Virus record (IMG/VR): IMGVR_UViG_3300025132_007241
Location: 1 to 61,389 of that record
Strand: one strand, 5' to 3'
Length of the DNA: 61,389 nucleotides
From: a virus
Taxonomy: Duplodnaviria > Caudoviricetes
Below, piece by piece: positions 26,375 through 36,927 of this stretch. The position numbers and the translations under genes are program-made. The notes beneath the pieces are model-generated. The model did no database searches, was not told the DNA's origin, and was given only the letters and a program-made list of their open reading frames with translations. Position 1 is the first letter of the stretch; each line of letters begins with the position of its first letter.

Positions 26375-26691
26375 TGGAACTTTATCTCGCATTAGCTGTC
26401 TCTATTATAGTTAATAGCTTGCTATTATGGTATATCGTCCGTCTTCTGCGCAAATTTGTTTTTATTTCTGAAAACTTAGCAGACCTATTCCTGACTAACA
26501 AAGCATTCCAAGTGTTCTTAAAGTCGATGTATAGCATGCAGAATTACCACGGTGAGCCCATGATTCAGGAGCTTATGCTTCGCGTGGGAGACGTTGTTGA
26601 GGAAATGGAGAATTTTAGAGAAATTTTTCAATATAGCTTGGATATGGAATTAGAGGAAGAATTAGATGCCGCCGCGGAAGAAACGAACTAG
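26374..26691 (+). CDS. Hypothetical membrane-anchored protein
   Basis: N-terminal hydrophobic helix, acidic C-terminus; AAGGAG SD. Confidence 0.75.
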   Translation: MELYLALAVSIIVNSLLLWYIVRLLRKFVFISENLADLFLTNKAFQVFLKSMYSMQNYHGEPMIQELMLRVGDVVEEMENFREIFQYSLDMELEEELDAAAEETN

Positions 26692-27361
26692 AAACAAGAA
26701 CCACTACTTTACCAGTGTTCACGAAGAGGCAATTATCAAGTATGCCAACTCGGAGGACCGAGAGCTTCGCTCTAAACTCTACGAGGAGTATATTCAGCCA
26801 GCTTTCGATCAGATGGTAGATAAGATTATTTACACCTACCGGTTTACTACTTTACCTAACATTGATTACTTGAAGGCTGACTGTAAAGTGTGGCTCACAA
26901 CCATTCTCAACAAGTACGATCCAAGTAAAGGATCGAAAGCATTTTCATATTTTTCGGTCGTCACCAAGAACTGGTTCATACACAAGGTCAAAAGGACTCA
27001 GAAACGAAACAAGACCGAAGTATTCATGGAAGATATTATCAGTCAACTTGACGAGGACCTGATATCTCAGGAGAAGACTTATTTTCAAACTCGCTCAGAG
27101 CTAGAGTTCTGGACCTCACTTAATGGAGAAATAGATACTTGGGATTCCTTCATGCTTAAAGAAAATGAAAAAAAGGTTCTCATGGCAGTGCGCATCCTCC
27201 TGGAATCAGCTGATCAGATAGAAATTTTCAATAAAAAAGCTATTTACTTATATCTTAGGGAGATTACGGGCCTGAATACGAAACAAGTCGTCAATAATCT
27301 TAACAAACTAAGAAAAAGATATAGGACGTTTAAGAGCAAATGGCAAAACGGCGAGATCTAA
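26666..27361 (+). CDS. Phage RNA polymerase sigma factor, T4 gp55-like (late transcription), putative
   Basis: KNHYFT, YDPSKGSKAFSYFSVVTKNWFI resembles sigma region 2 of gp55-type factors; C-terminal HTH-like segment; precedes the structural module. Confidence 0.7.
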   Translation: MPPRKKRTRNKNHYFTSVHEEAIIKYANSEDRELRSKLYEEYIQPAFDQMVDKIIYTYRFTTLPNIDYLKADCKVWLTTILNKYDPSKGSKAFSYFSVVTKNWFIHKVKRTQKRNKTEVFMEDIISQLDEDLISQEKTYFQTRSELEFWTSLNGEIDTWDSFMLKENEKKVLMAVRILLESADQIEIFNKKAIYLYLREITGLNTKQVVNNLNKLRKRYRTFKSKWQNGEI

Positions 27362-27645
27362 GTCTAGATGAATACCTAGAAGAAACCACTAAAAACATTA
27401 GAGAAGACCGTGCAATGGCCAAGACGCTCTTGATGGATGTCATGGCAGACATGGCAGCGTCTGCGACAGACCGCCGCGAGATGGGACCCATCGCAGCCAA
27501 GTTTGTTGAGAATCTCCAACGCTCAAACGAGCAGATGGTCAAACTCGCCTCCATTCTTCAAAGACAGAAAACGAACGCTGTTGGTCTTACAGCCGATGAC
27601 AAAGAAGAGTTGTTTGATCTCTTGAATGAGGGGAAAGACTCATGA
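27340..27645 (+). CDS. Hypothetical helical protein
   Basis: Overlaps both neighbours; plausible composition. Confidence 0.75.
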   Translation: MAKRRDLSLDEYLEETTKNIREDRAMAKTLLMDVMADMAASATDRREMGPIAAKFVENLQRSNEQMVKLASILQRQKTNAVGLTADDKEELFDLLNEGKDS

Positions 27646-29072
27646 CTTTTTCTCTCAAAGAACTTAGGTTTGGTGAGCTAAATAATGTCAAAGATAACGA
27701 TGAAAACCCCTCAGGGGATCGAAGGCGCACTAGCACATCCAACGCTCTACGCATGGCAGCGGAAAAAGCTTTCGAGATCAACACGCTCTCCAGCATATCT
27801 GCATTAGTGGGTATTGTGGTGGGATCCCGCCGGATCAGCAGACCCATATCTGCATATAAGTCTACAATTGTGGGACTACAGCAGGAAGCCAACTCGGACG
27901 ACGGAGAAGCGTCGACTGAGGACGAAGTAGCAAAATACCTATATAAAGTATATATTCCAGAAATCGAGCCCCTACCAGCCCCAGTAGCCTTAGATGATCC
28001 CGTGGCGGGATTATACGCTGACGTAGCTTTAGCTGAGGGGATCCTAGGCGCCGACACTAACCCAGCGGAATTAAATGGTGCAATGGTGGAAGTGACATAC
28101 GAGGATATGGCTAATCTTAATGGACCCCAAATTACTCGAATCGTCAAGCAAGGCGCGATTTCCATCCCTGCGACGATGGAAGAAGCAAGAAGCTTCAACC
28201 AGGGGATCCCGCTCGGTAGCGGCGCAGGACAGCAAGGTTTTTCCACACCCGCGCGGTCGATAAGAGCTTTTACCTGGCAGGAAAGGGAGGTTTTGTATGC
28301 AGCTCTTAAACCATTATTCGATTATATCTCTAGTGGCGAAGGTAACATTAACTCACTAAACAGGGGTATAGCCGGTGACACGCCGTCTAAATATTCGTCG
28401 ACTGTGTTTACAGATGGAAAACCACTATCTCAAAGAACGATTGGGGAGGTTCAAAAATTATATAAAGGAGGATCGATGGCCAACAAGGTGTCTCTCTATA
28501 AAAAAGATAATACGAACCCCAGCGTATGGAAAAAATATCAAAACAATGACTACACTCCGGGAACTATGAGAAGTGCCAACAAGTCAGGCATCCTCGCAGC
28601 AGGAAAGTTCCAGTTCATCCCGGACACAATGAAATCCTGCATACGAGCCGTGGGGTTATCTCAAACTCAGCTTGATACTTTGATTTTTAATAATGACAAT
28701 CAAAATACGATGGGTACCTATCTTATTTTGGATAAGGCAGGTCGATCGCGTCTTGGCGGATATTTGCTGGGACTTCATGATAATGTTGCTGATGCGGGAC
28801 AAGAATTGGCAATGGAATTTGCCTCTGTCCCAAATCAATTTGACGCAAAGAACCCCAGCAAGAAGAAAAACTGGATTTGCCCCCGTGGATATAATCATTA
28901 TTGTAGCAACCCAAAGCCCGGCGGCAAAGAGGGCGCCAACGCCAAGTTTAAACCCACCACTAAAAAACCAGATGGAGTAGCACAAAAACTACGAGAAGCC
29001 CGGGAGGCTGTAAGAAAAAACCCCCAAGCAGTGGCAATTGCGCGCACCATAGATACATCGGCATTTGCCTAG
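27642..29072 (+). CDS. Baseplate hub-like protein with C-terminal lambda-lysozyme/GH104-like muramidase domain
   Basis: ISSGEG (candidate catalytic Glu), TIGEV, AAGKFQFIPDT, F....Q, LAMEFASVP. Confidence 0.65.
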   Translation: MTFSLKELRFGELNNVKDNDENPSGDRRRTSTSNALRMAAEKAFEINTLSSISALVGIVVGSRRISRPISAYKSTIVGLQQEANSDDGEASTEDEVAKYLYKVYIPEIEPLPAPVALDDPVAGLYADVALAEGILGADTNPAELNGAMVEVTYEDMANLNGPQITRIVKQGAISIPATMEEARSFNQGIPLGSGAGQQGFSTPARSIRAFTWQEREVLYAALKPLFDYISSGEGNINSLNRGIAGDTPSKYSSTVFTDGKPLSQRTIGEVQKLYKGGSMANKVSLYKKDNTNPSVWKKYQNNDYTPGTMRSANKSGILAAGKFQFIPDTMKSCIRAVGLSQTQLDTLIFNNDNQNTMGTYLILDKAGRSRLGGYLLGLHDNVADAGQELAMEFASVPNQFDAKNPSKKKNWICPRGYNHYCSNPKPGGKEGANAKFKPTTKKPDGVAQKLREAREAVRKNPQAVAIARTIDTSAFA

Positions 29073-29084
29073 GAATCCCACAGA

Positions 29085-30068
29085 ATGTCACGATATACCA
29101 CTAAAGCCATCAACCTTGATCTAATGACGGCGGCTCAGCGAAAAGTCTATGACTCGCTTTCGCCCAATGGAAAAGCAGAGTATCTAGGATACGGGGATCA
29201 AGCAACGCGTGTTGATTTTGATACCCCCAATTATATTACCAACGCCAATGAGAAAGTCTATAGCAAGGGGAATGCATTCCTCGTTCTGGGACTTGATCGC
29301 CCCGGAACGACCCTTACACAGAAACGAGAAACACATTGCGCTGCCATTGATTTAGTGTCGGGAAGAAAAGGATTCCGCGGTCGAGCGCGCAATAATGCTG
29401 GGAAACTGCTAGACGTGGATCCAGACATGGTGCTAGATGCCGCAAGAGTATACATATCTCAGAAAGCAAATCCCGATGGGTTCCTTCGATTGGCGGCTGG
29501 CTCGGTAGGAAATACCAGCGAGGAAGAGCCAAGAAGCACGGTTGCTGTCAAAGCTGATACAATTCGGATCGTGGGAAGAGAAAATATTAAGCTAGTGACC
29601 CGTACTGATTCTTACAACTCCCAAGGTGGTGAACTTACAAATATTTCAACCAAACCATTTGGCATTGATTTAATTGGTTGTAACGATGACAGAGATATTC
29701 AGCCCATGGTTAAGGGTGACAACCTTCGTGCATGTCTCACAGAGATTGTGAGCAGTATCAATGAATTGCGTGGCTTGTTTAACAACTATGTAGATGAGCA
29801 GCGCAAAGTTACTGTAGCTCTTATGAACCACACCCATCACTCTCCTTTCTATGGGGTCCTTACAAGTCCAGCTTTTACCAACTTAGCGCCGGCAGCAGCC
29901 ACAGCGTTAATCAATAATGTTATAGACGTAACCGCCCAACTCCCATTGCATGCAACTAAGTGTGCGATGATAGAAACTAGCTACCTGGGAGCCACCGAGG
30001 TGGCAGACTCAGTAGACGAAAACGGAAAAAGTTTATATATTTTAAGTAAATATAATAACACGAACTAA
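29085..30068 (+). CDS. Putative baseplate central spike protein
   Basis: Beta-rich segments (ARVYISQK, VAVKADTIRIVGRE), PMVKGD, HTH (HxH) apex-type motif; position before gp25. Confidence 0.55.
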   Translation: MSRYTTKAINLDLMTAAQRKVYDSLSPNGKAEYLGYGDQATRVDFDTPNYITNANEKVYSKGNAFLVLGLDRPGTTLTQKRETHCAAIDLVSGRKGFRGRARNNAGKLLDVDPDMVLDAARVYISQKANPDGFLRLAAGSVGNTSEEEPRSTVAVKADTIRIVGRENIKLVTRTDSYNSQGGELTNISTKPFGIDLIGCNDDRDIQPMVKGDNLRACLTEIVSSINELRGLFNNYVDEQRKVTVALMNHTHHSPFYGVLTSPAFTNLAPAAATALINNVIDVTAQLPLHATKCAMIETSYLGATEVADSVDENGKSLYILSKYNNTN

Positions 30069-30072
30069 GATC

Positions 30073-33000
30073 ATGGCCAACCTCTTTCCTAAACGATACG
30101 TCAACCGCGCATTTCAAATACCATTTCATGACGCAAACTCGAATGAGTTTAAGTTAAAGCTGAAATTCTCGCAGGGAGAAGACTTTAACAATAAGATAGA
30201 TAGGGCACTACGGTACTACCTCGACCACTTCTTCCCAGAGTTTTACCCTTACCGCGTCAACCCAGAGTACTACAACCAGCCCCGCAACATGAACGCATCC
30301 CCTCCCCCGGATATAGCTACTATCAACACGATTATGGAAGAGGTAAGGGATACTATCGATGTGACTGCCCGGTTTCCAACGTCCCCTCCCACCCAGAGGC
30401 AAGTAAATGTCTTTAGCACCTCTTACGACTTCATTGGCACCCGAACCCAGTTGGAAGAGGATGGGACAATGCCATCCTATGAAGACGCCTTGGATTATTT
30501 TAGGCAAGAGAAAAACCTGAGCACCCCCACCTCCGAGACCACCCTAGTCATTGCAGCCCTAGGCACGACCAACAACGCCTTTAATGACGGCATGGCAGCG
30601 TATAATAGGCAACTCCAGGGATTCGAGGGACAACTTAACATTAACCTAGACCTTAATTTTGTTCAGACAGATGTACAGAAGCTTCTTAACGCTTTGGTGA
30701 CTGATCTGGTTTATACTCTTCGGCGTACCGGAACTTCAACTGCTTTTACCGATGCCGACACGTTGACAATTCAGTTTGGCTTATTGGACGATCGCAAAGC
30801 TGCGGTTGTGGGCATTGAACATCTTTTGGTGGAGCAATCGATCGCTAGTGAGCCGGCTAAAGTGGGAGTGTTCACAAACCTTCTCTACAACCGAATATTC
30901 CGAGACCCGCTAAGCATCGCAGCATTAAAAAACTACCAGAACATTGTCGAATCAGTTCAGGGAGGACCGCTGGAGGCTAGTGCACTTCAACAGATGTTCG
31001 CCACTAGTGGCAGCATGGGGGGCACTTTTCTGGATTTTTTGGAGTCGCCCGACACATTAGCAACTCTTCAAGACCCTCCAACCATAGTGGATATGGATGA
31101 GTTTGACCCTACATTTAACTTAGGGAAGACACCTGTAACAGGCAGCGGTAATGATTTTCAAAACGCATTCATTCAGGTAGCATATGAGGAAGGTCTCTTA
31201 AGTCCTGCAAACCTCAATGCCCTCCAGAATGGATTCCAGGAGTTCTTCAGCTCCGATGAGATGAAGAAGATTAAGGCACAGATCTCGCAAAACCCTAAAC
31301 TGTACCGACGCGTTTTTGATAAGACTAAAGTGAAAACACTCACCAAAGCACGTAAAACTGTATCGGTTATCAACAATATTCTTCTTACAGGACCCATGGG
31401 TTTCCTTGATAAGAAGAACCCTGTAATAGGACGCCTCTTTCGAAGTCTTGGCTTAGATCAACTTATGAAAGAGGTAATGCTCTGTGCTACCTTCGGGCTG
31501 AACTATGAAGCTTCGCGTATTGGAACGGCAGTGGGAAATGCCCTCCAGCAAGCACAGTCACAAACTGGCGGCACCTCTGGTTTCTACAAGAAGCCCGAAT
31601 TACCTCCCCCCGGCGGAGCCGTTGAAATTCCAGCTATTGATTGGAGCCTCTTCAAACCCAAACTTAAAGATGGCGACATTTCTAAACTTATCAAAAATGT
31701 TCTAGTCGATGCTGTGCAAGAACTTGCCTTAAGTGTGATTCAAACTTTGTCGGAAATTTTAAAAGAAAAGTGTGAATTCAATAATCCTAATACTCACGAT
31801 TATGGTGCTATTGATATAGCAGATTTATTGCCACCGCCTAATACAACCTTCGTGGGAGGCGGCTCTCAACTCGACCAATTAGCAGCCACCTACAATCTGA
31901 ACACCGAGCAGTTAAGGAAGTATCTTCGTGACGTTTCTACTATTATTAGCTCCGTAGGCGTTTGCACCCTTTTTACAGCGAGAGATACCGCTTCACCCGA
32001 ATTAATCTCGGCAATTATAGAATACAACCAAGCATACCCAAACGAATTTGTCCAAGACAAACTAACAACACCCAGTTCATTGATGGGATTTTTTGCTCGC
32101 CTCTCTGAGATTGTGGATGTTACGGATATTTGTGACGAAATTGCCAACACTGTTTATGCACTTAACGAAGATAATATTTGTTTGCTTTTTGATGATGCGG
32201 ATCTCTTCGATAATCTTCTTGACCGGGTGCAGATGCCCGAAGTAAACTTTGATTGCCCAGATCAAGAAAACTTCATTAATGACCCTACCATTACAGTTGC
32301 TATTCCCGAGACCTTTAATGCGTTAGCAGAAACAGTTGAAGTTAGCTTTATTAACGCAGCCAGCTCTCTAAAGGAGGTGCTCCTGGAGCCCGTCATCATT
32401 CGGGGCACCGATTCTAACGTCCTGTCCAGTGCCAATTCAACAAAGGATTTAGGTCGCGACGTAAAATCCACAGGCAGTCTGGAAAGCATTGACCCTGCGA
32501 TCCTCAACAATATTATTAGCGTCTTTGACAAGATTGGTGAAGGCGCCGGTGACTTGCAGGACGCTTTCCAAAACTGCGACGTTAATATCTCTCAAGTATT
32601 AGGTTTTGACCCCGCAGTGGCTACCGAAGCTGCAGCAGTCGCCTTTGAGACCTTGGGTACTGCGGTGAATTCCTCCGAGTTCAAAAACGCTATCGAGGGC
32701 ATAAATACAAAACTTGAAGGTATTTCGCAACTGACCGAAACCGGACAAGCCGCGTCAGCCCCGGCGGTAACCACATACAAGTTTAACCAACAATTTACGC
32801 GAGCCTTCCTGGGGTACACAAATCCAGCCAACGCCACATGGACTAACGCTCCTACAGAATATCCCTATGAGTCTCCCATTTATTTTGACGCTCGACGAAT
32901 AGCACCAGATGTCACGTATCGGTCTGCTCAGGCAGCCCAGGAAGCTGCCAATGACTATACCCCAATAGAACTTAAGTTTAGGTTCCCCACGGACCTACCC

Positions 33001-35058
33001 GGCGTCACGACCCGAACCAGACAGGGAATATCGGAGTACATTACCGTCACCTACCCGGAATTTGGCGCCGAGAATAACATTGACTTTGGTTACGCGTCTG
33101 ACTCAGGGCTTATAATTGATGAAAGACTCATCTCGTCGTTTGCAGCGGTAGACGATCCTTACGTTGTAAACTTTGAAGATGAGTCGCCCCCTCATGCCAC
33201 TAATGTTTATGTAGATAGATTTGTGCAAGCGTATTTTGACTCTCCTCTTATTCAAGAACAATATCTCCAAGGAGATGCAGATGAACAACGCTCCTATCGG
33301 AATGAGGTAGAGTCACACGAATTTCCCAAAGCCAATGCTGCAATCGTAGAACAAATGATTCAATATATTGTAGATAATGGGGTCTTTGACGCCGCCACGC
33401 TCCAGTCATTGAATCTTTTTCACCTCAACACCAACTGTCAGCCTGAAGATATCGCCGATTTCTTAGATGTGCGCGGGATCCTTGAGCAAATGACAAAAGA
33501 ATATGCTGAGGCAGCTTGCGGTGACTCTGCTTTGGGCGTCCCGATGCGGACAAAAATTAGTGATGTGATCAAATATGGTTTCTATCTGCTTCTCATACAA
33601 ATTCATATAGCTGAGTTTATCATTAAGAATATTTTTGTTTTCTCAGCGTTTACAATGGATATGCTCCTACAAGATCGCAACAACTACCTATACCGTTTTT
33701 TCCGAAGCCAAGTATTGTCCTCGGTTCTAACTTTTCTTGACTCCACCAGCGTGGAAGTCGCAGACGAATCTATATACCGATTACAACTCGCTGAGTACTT
33801 TAATCGCAAAGTGCGCCGCCCGAATGTTACGCAGAACGGAGGTATCCGGTTTACCCAGACACCCAACGATGTTGCATTTATTCCAGAGACTAGCTTCTCG
33901 GCTACTGATGACAGTCCGCTCATTGGTTTTGACGAGATCATGGACTATCTGATCGTAGAGAGGCTGCATTATGCTCGCACACCGATAAATAATGCAATCC
34001 GTAAAGCACTCCCGGACACTACACCAGTTGACCTTAACCAGATTTTGTTGCAGGCTATGCCACTACTCGTAGCCCCAGATGAAGCCACCCCTCCAGGACC
34101 AGCCCGAATCCGTGAGGCTGCACGTATCGCTTTCTACAGTGACCCCACCATCTTTATGGTTAGTCGTCGCATGCAGACAGGCAATACGTCCATCGGCTCG
34201 CGAGTTGATCAGCGAGTTTATTCAATGTGGTTTTACGATGGGCAGACCGCCAAAGTGACTAACGCTTCAGGGGAGGTCGTCGAAACCGGGAATCTTTTCC
34301 AGGACGAGTTTGGCTCGACGGGTGATGTGGTGATGCTTTTGGATAATCTCTATATAGAAGATAAAATTCTGCCTCCTCTCGGCGCTGAGAACGCTGTCAC
34401 CGAGGAAGCTCTTGATTGTGTAGATTCGTCGATGCAAGCGCTTATCGAAAGTCTCGGTGGTCATGTGCCCGAACACCGGCGCTGCCCCGGAGCACCAAAT
34501 CCGCGCCAAGCGCCCCCAGGCGCCTTTGTGACCACTCTCCAGAGACTCAACGCCAACCGACCGCCCGAAACTTTTGAGATACAGGAGCTTAACGTGCTTC
34601 AAAATGGCGTTGATGAATTTGCCAACTTGTTCATCAATGCACAGATCAATCGATCTCCAGCGACGGGAAATACAGTAATTTACTACGTTGCCCGCGACCT
34701 TGACGTTGACGAGTATGAGGCTATGGAGGATGGACAAAACGCCCTTCGCCTGTATCAGGTAAACCCCACTCATCCGTTCTTTAACTTGGTGGTCTATAAC
34801 GCAGAGCCAATGGTTTTGGTTCAAACTACTATTGGTAATAATACTATAGAGCAAGTAGGATGGATGTTAAGCGCTGTGGTCGATGGAGACGTTAGCTTCC
34901 TCACGGAATTGGGACCACAAGAGGAGGAATCAGCCTTTGAGGCTCCCGCCACCACACGTGCACAGCAGCCCACCACACGTGCACAGCAGCGCTCCAAAAA
35001 TAGTCAAACAACTGGCGTAGGCTCTTCCGCTGGTAGTTTTGGGGATATAGAGGACTAA
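30073..35058 (+). CDS. Large hypothetical virion protein (1661 aa)
   Basis: Long ORF within the baseplate module; no recognised domain; low-complexity C-terminal tail. Confidence 0.8.
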   Translation: MANLFPKRYVNRAFQIPFHDANSNEFKLKLKFSQGEDFNNKIDRALRYYLDHFFPEFYPYRVNPEYYNQPRNMNASPPPDIATINTIMEEVRDTIDVTARFPTSPPTQRQVNVFSTSYDFIGTRTQLEEDGTMPSYEDALDYFRQEKNLSTPTSETTLVIAALGTTNNAFNDGMAAYNRQLQGFEGQLNINLDLNFVQTDVQKLLNALVTDLVYTLRRTGTSTAFTDADTLTIQFGLLDDRKAAVVGIEHLLVEQSIASEPAKVGVFTNLLYNRIFRDPLSIAALKNYQNIVESVQGGPLEASALQQMFATSGSMGGTFLDFLESPDTLATLQDPPTIVDMDEFDPTFNLGKTPVTGSGNDFQNAFIQVAYEEGLLSPANLNALQNGFQEFFSSDEMKKIKAQISQNPKLYRRVFDKTKVKTLTKARKTVSVINNILLTGPMGFLDKKNPVIGRLFRSLGLDQLMKEVMLCATFGLNYEASRIGTAVGNALQQAQSQTGGTSGFYKKPELPPPGGAVEIPAIDWSLFKPKLKDGDISKLIKNVLVDAVQELALSVIQTLSEILKEKCEFNNPNTHDYGAIDIADLLPPPNTTFVGGGSQLDQLAATYNLNTEQLRKYLRDVSTIISSVGVCTLFTARDTASPELISAIIEYNQAYPNEFVQDKLTTPSSLMGFFARLSEIVDVTDICDEIANTVYALNEDNICLLFDDADLFDNLLDRVQMPEVNFDCPDQENFINDPTITVAIPETFNALAETVEVSFINAASSLKEVLLEPVIIRGTDSNVLSSANSTKDLGRDVKSTGSLESIDPAILNNIISVFDKIGEGAGDLQDAFQNCDVNISQVLGFDPAVATEAAAVAFETLGTAVNSSEFKNAIEGINTKLEGISQLTETGQAASAPAVTTYKFNQQFTRAFLGYTNPANATWTNAPTEYPYESPIYFDARRIAPDVTYRSAQAAQEAANDYTPIELKFRFPTDLPGVTTRTRQGISEYITVTYPEFGAENNIDFGYASDSGLIIDERLISSFAAVDDPYVVNFEDESPPHATNVYVDRFVQAYFDSPLIQEQYLQGDADEQRSYRNEVESHEFPKANAAIVEQMIQYIVDNGVFDAATLQSLNLFHLNTNCQPEDIADFLDVRGILEQMTKEYAEAACGDSALGVPMRTKISDVIKYGFYLLLIQIHIAEFIIKNIFVFSAFTMDMLLQDRNNYLYRFFRSQVLSSVLTFLDSTSVEVADESIYRLQLAEYFNRKVRRPNVTQNGGIRFTQTPNDVAFIPETSFSATDDSPLIGFDEIMDYLIVERLHYARTPINNAIRKALPDTTPVDLNQILLQAMPLLVAPDEATPPGPARIREAARIAFYSDPTIFMVSRRMQTGNTSIGSRVDQRVYSMWFYDGQTAKVTNASGEVVETGNLFQDEFGSTGDVVMLLDNLYIEDKILPPLGAENAVTEEALDCVDSSMQALIESLGGHVPEHRRCPGAPNPRQAPPGAFVTTLQRLNANRPPETFEIQELNVLQNGVDEFANLFINAQINRSPATGNTVIYYVARDLDVDEYEAMEDGQNALRLYQVNPTHPFFNLVVYNAEPMVLVQTTIGNNTIEQVGWMLSAVVDGDVSFLTELGPQEEESAFEAPATTRAQQPTTRAQQRSKNSQTTGVGSSAGSFGDIED
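34949..34990 (+). repeat. Perfect 21-bp tandem duplication (CCACCACACGTGCACAGCAGC x2), in frame, encoding TTRAQQ twice
   Basis: Read directly from the sequence. Confidence 0.95.
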
Positions 35059-35061
35059 TTT

Positions 35062-36909
35062 ATGTCAAATAATTCACCTTATAATTCTTATCTACGACGA
35101 CGCCAAATTTATCGGGCTATGGGGCTTAACCCTACGCAAACGGACATCGAACTAATTCTCAAGCCACGCGATTCGCAGGACTTACGAAACCCCCCCGAAG
35201 AAATTCTGGATAAAGAAATGGCGACTCTAAATTATCTCAAAGACAATAGCGGTTTTACCCGTGATATCAATGAGTGGGCGGAGCGCTACGGAGGCGCAAC
35301 CGTTAACGACGTCATAGTAAACGGAGTTGTCGCCCCTCTTGCTACCGGCGCAAATATAGGGGACAAGAATGGAGCGCAGCGATCCCTTTGGTGGCCAGTA
35401 ATGTCCGGAATTCAAGTACTTTTAAATGATATGCATAATTCCATCGCTCGGACAGCCGTCAATCCACCGGCTGACTATGATATTATTGCCATGACATATG
35501 AGGGTACAGATGAAGAGACCGGTGCGGTTGTTGCTGTAACGGCGCAGGTGTCTAGACCCCCGCTATATACAGAAGTCCAAGACATCCTAAATCGATTCCG
35601 CAGCGTCGTGTTCGCCCCAAACTCTCAAAGCTCCACCATCCGGAGCCGCTATTTCGATGCAGCTTATGCCTCTACGCCCACGAAGTCTCGCGTCGTCCGC
35701 GTTAACAATATTTATAGTGAAAACGAAACTACTTTTAAAAATCTAGAGAGAAAAGCAATATCACGACCTGAACCAGACCTTTTCACATTTAATAATACAG
35801 TCGGCAATTATGGCAAACAGTCAAAATTTGTTGCTACTCGCCTAATCACAAGACTCTGTGCATTGCACAATGGGCTTTTTGGCACAAATATAGTGCCGTT
35901 CAGTCCGAACATTAAGACGGTGTATGTTGGTCTTACCATGGCTCAAAAAATGCTGGCTAATTGTCAAGCTGGATTACAAATTCTTTTAGATGACATCCAG
36001 AACTGGCAAGATGTAGTGTCTCCACAAATGGCAGAGGACCAAGAGGACGTCCGTGACGAGGTGCAAGCCTCAAATTTGGAGGAGACCGGGTTTATTCTAG
36101 GTTCTATGGGGCAGGGAGAAATTGATATTATTGCTAATAACTCGGCGTATAATGAACTCTTTTCCACTACCTTCAACCGTGGTGTCCTTACTTCAGTGCC
36201 GATTATTCATAATCTGTACTTAACAACTAAGTATTTTCCCGAGGCGGATGCAGTATTCGTAGGACCCAAGCAAAAGGTGCTTGAGTTGTTAAAGTCCACC
36301 ATAGCCCGCGACAACGAATTCCCTACAGAACCGAACCTCACGCGCCCAGCATCTCAGGCGGCAATCGCAAACGCAAACGGTCTTCCTCCAGATCAGTTTG
36401 GGTTGGATGCTGGTAAATTCATTCTTAAAATGCTTATTGAGACTCCTATCAGCATTCTCAAAGGATTGGTGGAACTTATTGACCCCCATGTAGCAGTGAC
36501 CAAACTTATCAAGGTTGGTTCTGCCACAGGATTTCGTGAAGCTTCAAAAAAACTAGACCCATTTGCTACCACCATCAACGACAGATTACAGCAAGAATTG
36601 GAGGTAGACTCCAACCTCACAGGTAAGAACCTTATGACACTTTTGTTATGCCTGGTTGATTATGGGTTTGAACAGGGAGATTCTGCTATTGATGCCGCAC
36701 TTCCCATTCCAGCACCGGGCAATTTCTTCCCGGATGTTTCCATGAAAGGTGTGGATTTTACTGGAACGGTTTCTGGTATGCTTATGGTACCCCCGACTCC
36801 GCTGGGGCTACTTTATTTGCTGCTAGAACTAGTTAAGAGTGAAATTGACAATATCACAATTAATGTTGACGACGCCGCGGCAGCAAACGCTGAAGAAAAC
36901 GAGTGTTAG
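35062..36909 (+). CDS. Hypothetical virion protein (615 aa)
   Basis: Long ORF in the baseplate module; hydrophobic helical C-terminal region. Confidence 0.8.
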   Translation: MSNNSPYNSYLRRRQIYRAMGLNPTQTDIELILKPRDSQDLRNPPEEILDKEMATLNYLKDNSGFTRDINEWAERYGGATVNDVIVNGVVAPLATGANIGDKNGAQRSLWWPVMSGIQVLLNDMHNSIARTAVNPPADYDIIAMTYEGTDEETGAVVAVTAQVSRPPLYTEVQDILNRFRSVVFAPNSQSSTIRSRYFDAAYASTPTKSRVVRVNNIYSENETTFKNLERKAISRPEPDLFTFNNTVGNYGKQSKFVATRLITRLCALHNGLFGTNIVPFSPNIKTVYVGLTMAQKMLANCQAGLQILLDDIQNWQDVVSPQMAEDQEDVRDEVQASNLEETGFILGSMGQGEIDIIANNSAYNELFSTTFNRGVLTSVPIIHNLYLTTKYFPEADAVFVGPKQKVLELLKSTIARDNEFPTEPNLTRPASQAAIANANGLPPDQFGLDAGKFILKMLIETPISILKGLVELIDPHVAVTKLIKVGSATGFREASKKLDPFATTINDRLQQELEVDSNLTGKNLMTLLLCLVDYGFEQGDSAIDAALPIPAPGNFFPDVSMKGVDFTGTVSGMLMVPPTPLGLLYLLLELVKSEIDNITINVDDAAAANAEENEC

Positions 36910-36927
36910 ACAAAAGGGAGAAATAAG

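Noticed and set aside
27587-28246. 219-aa minus-strand ORF
   Set aside because: Fully antisense to plus-strand genes; no recognisable motif
34267-34854. 195-aa minus-strand ORF
   Set aside because: Antisense shadow of the 1661-aa gene; no SD or motif
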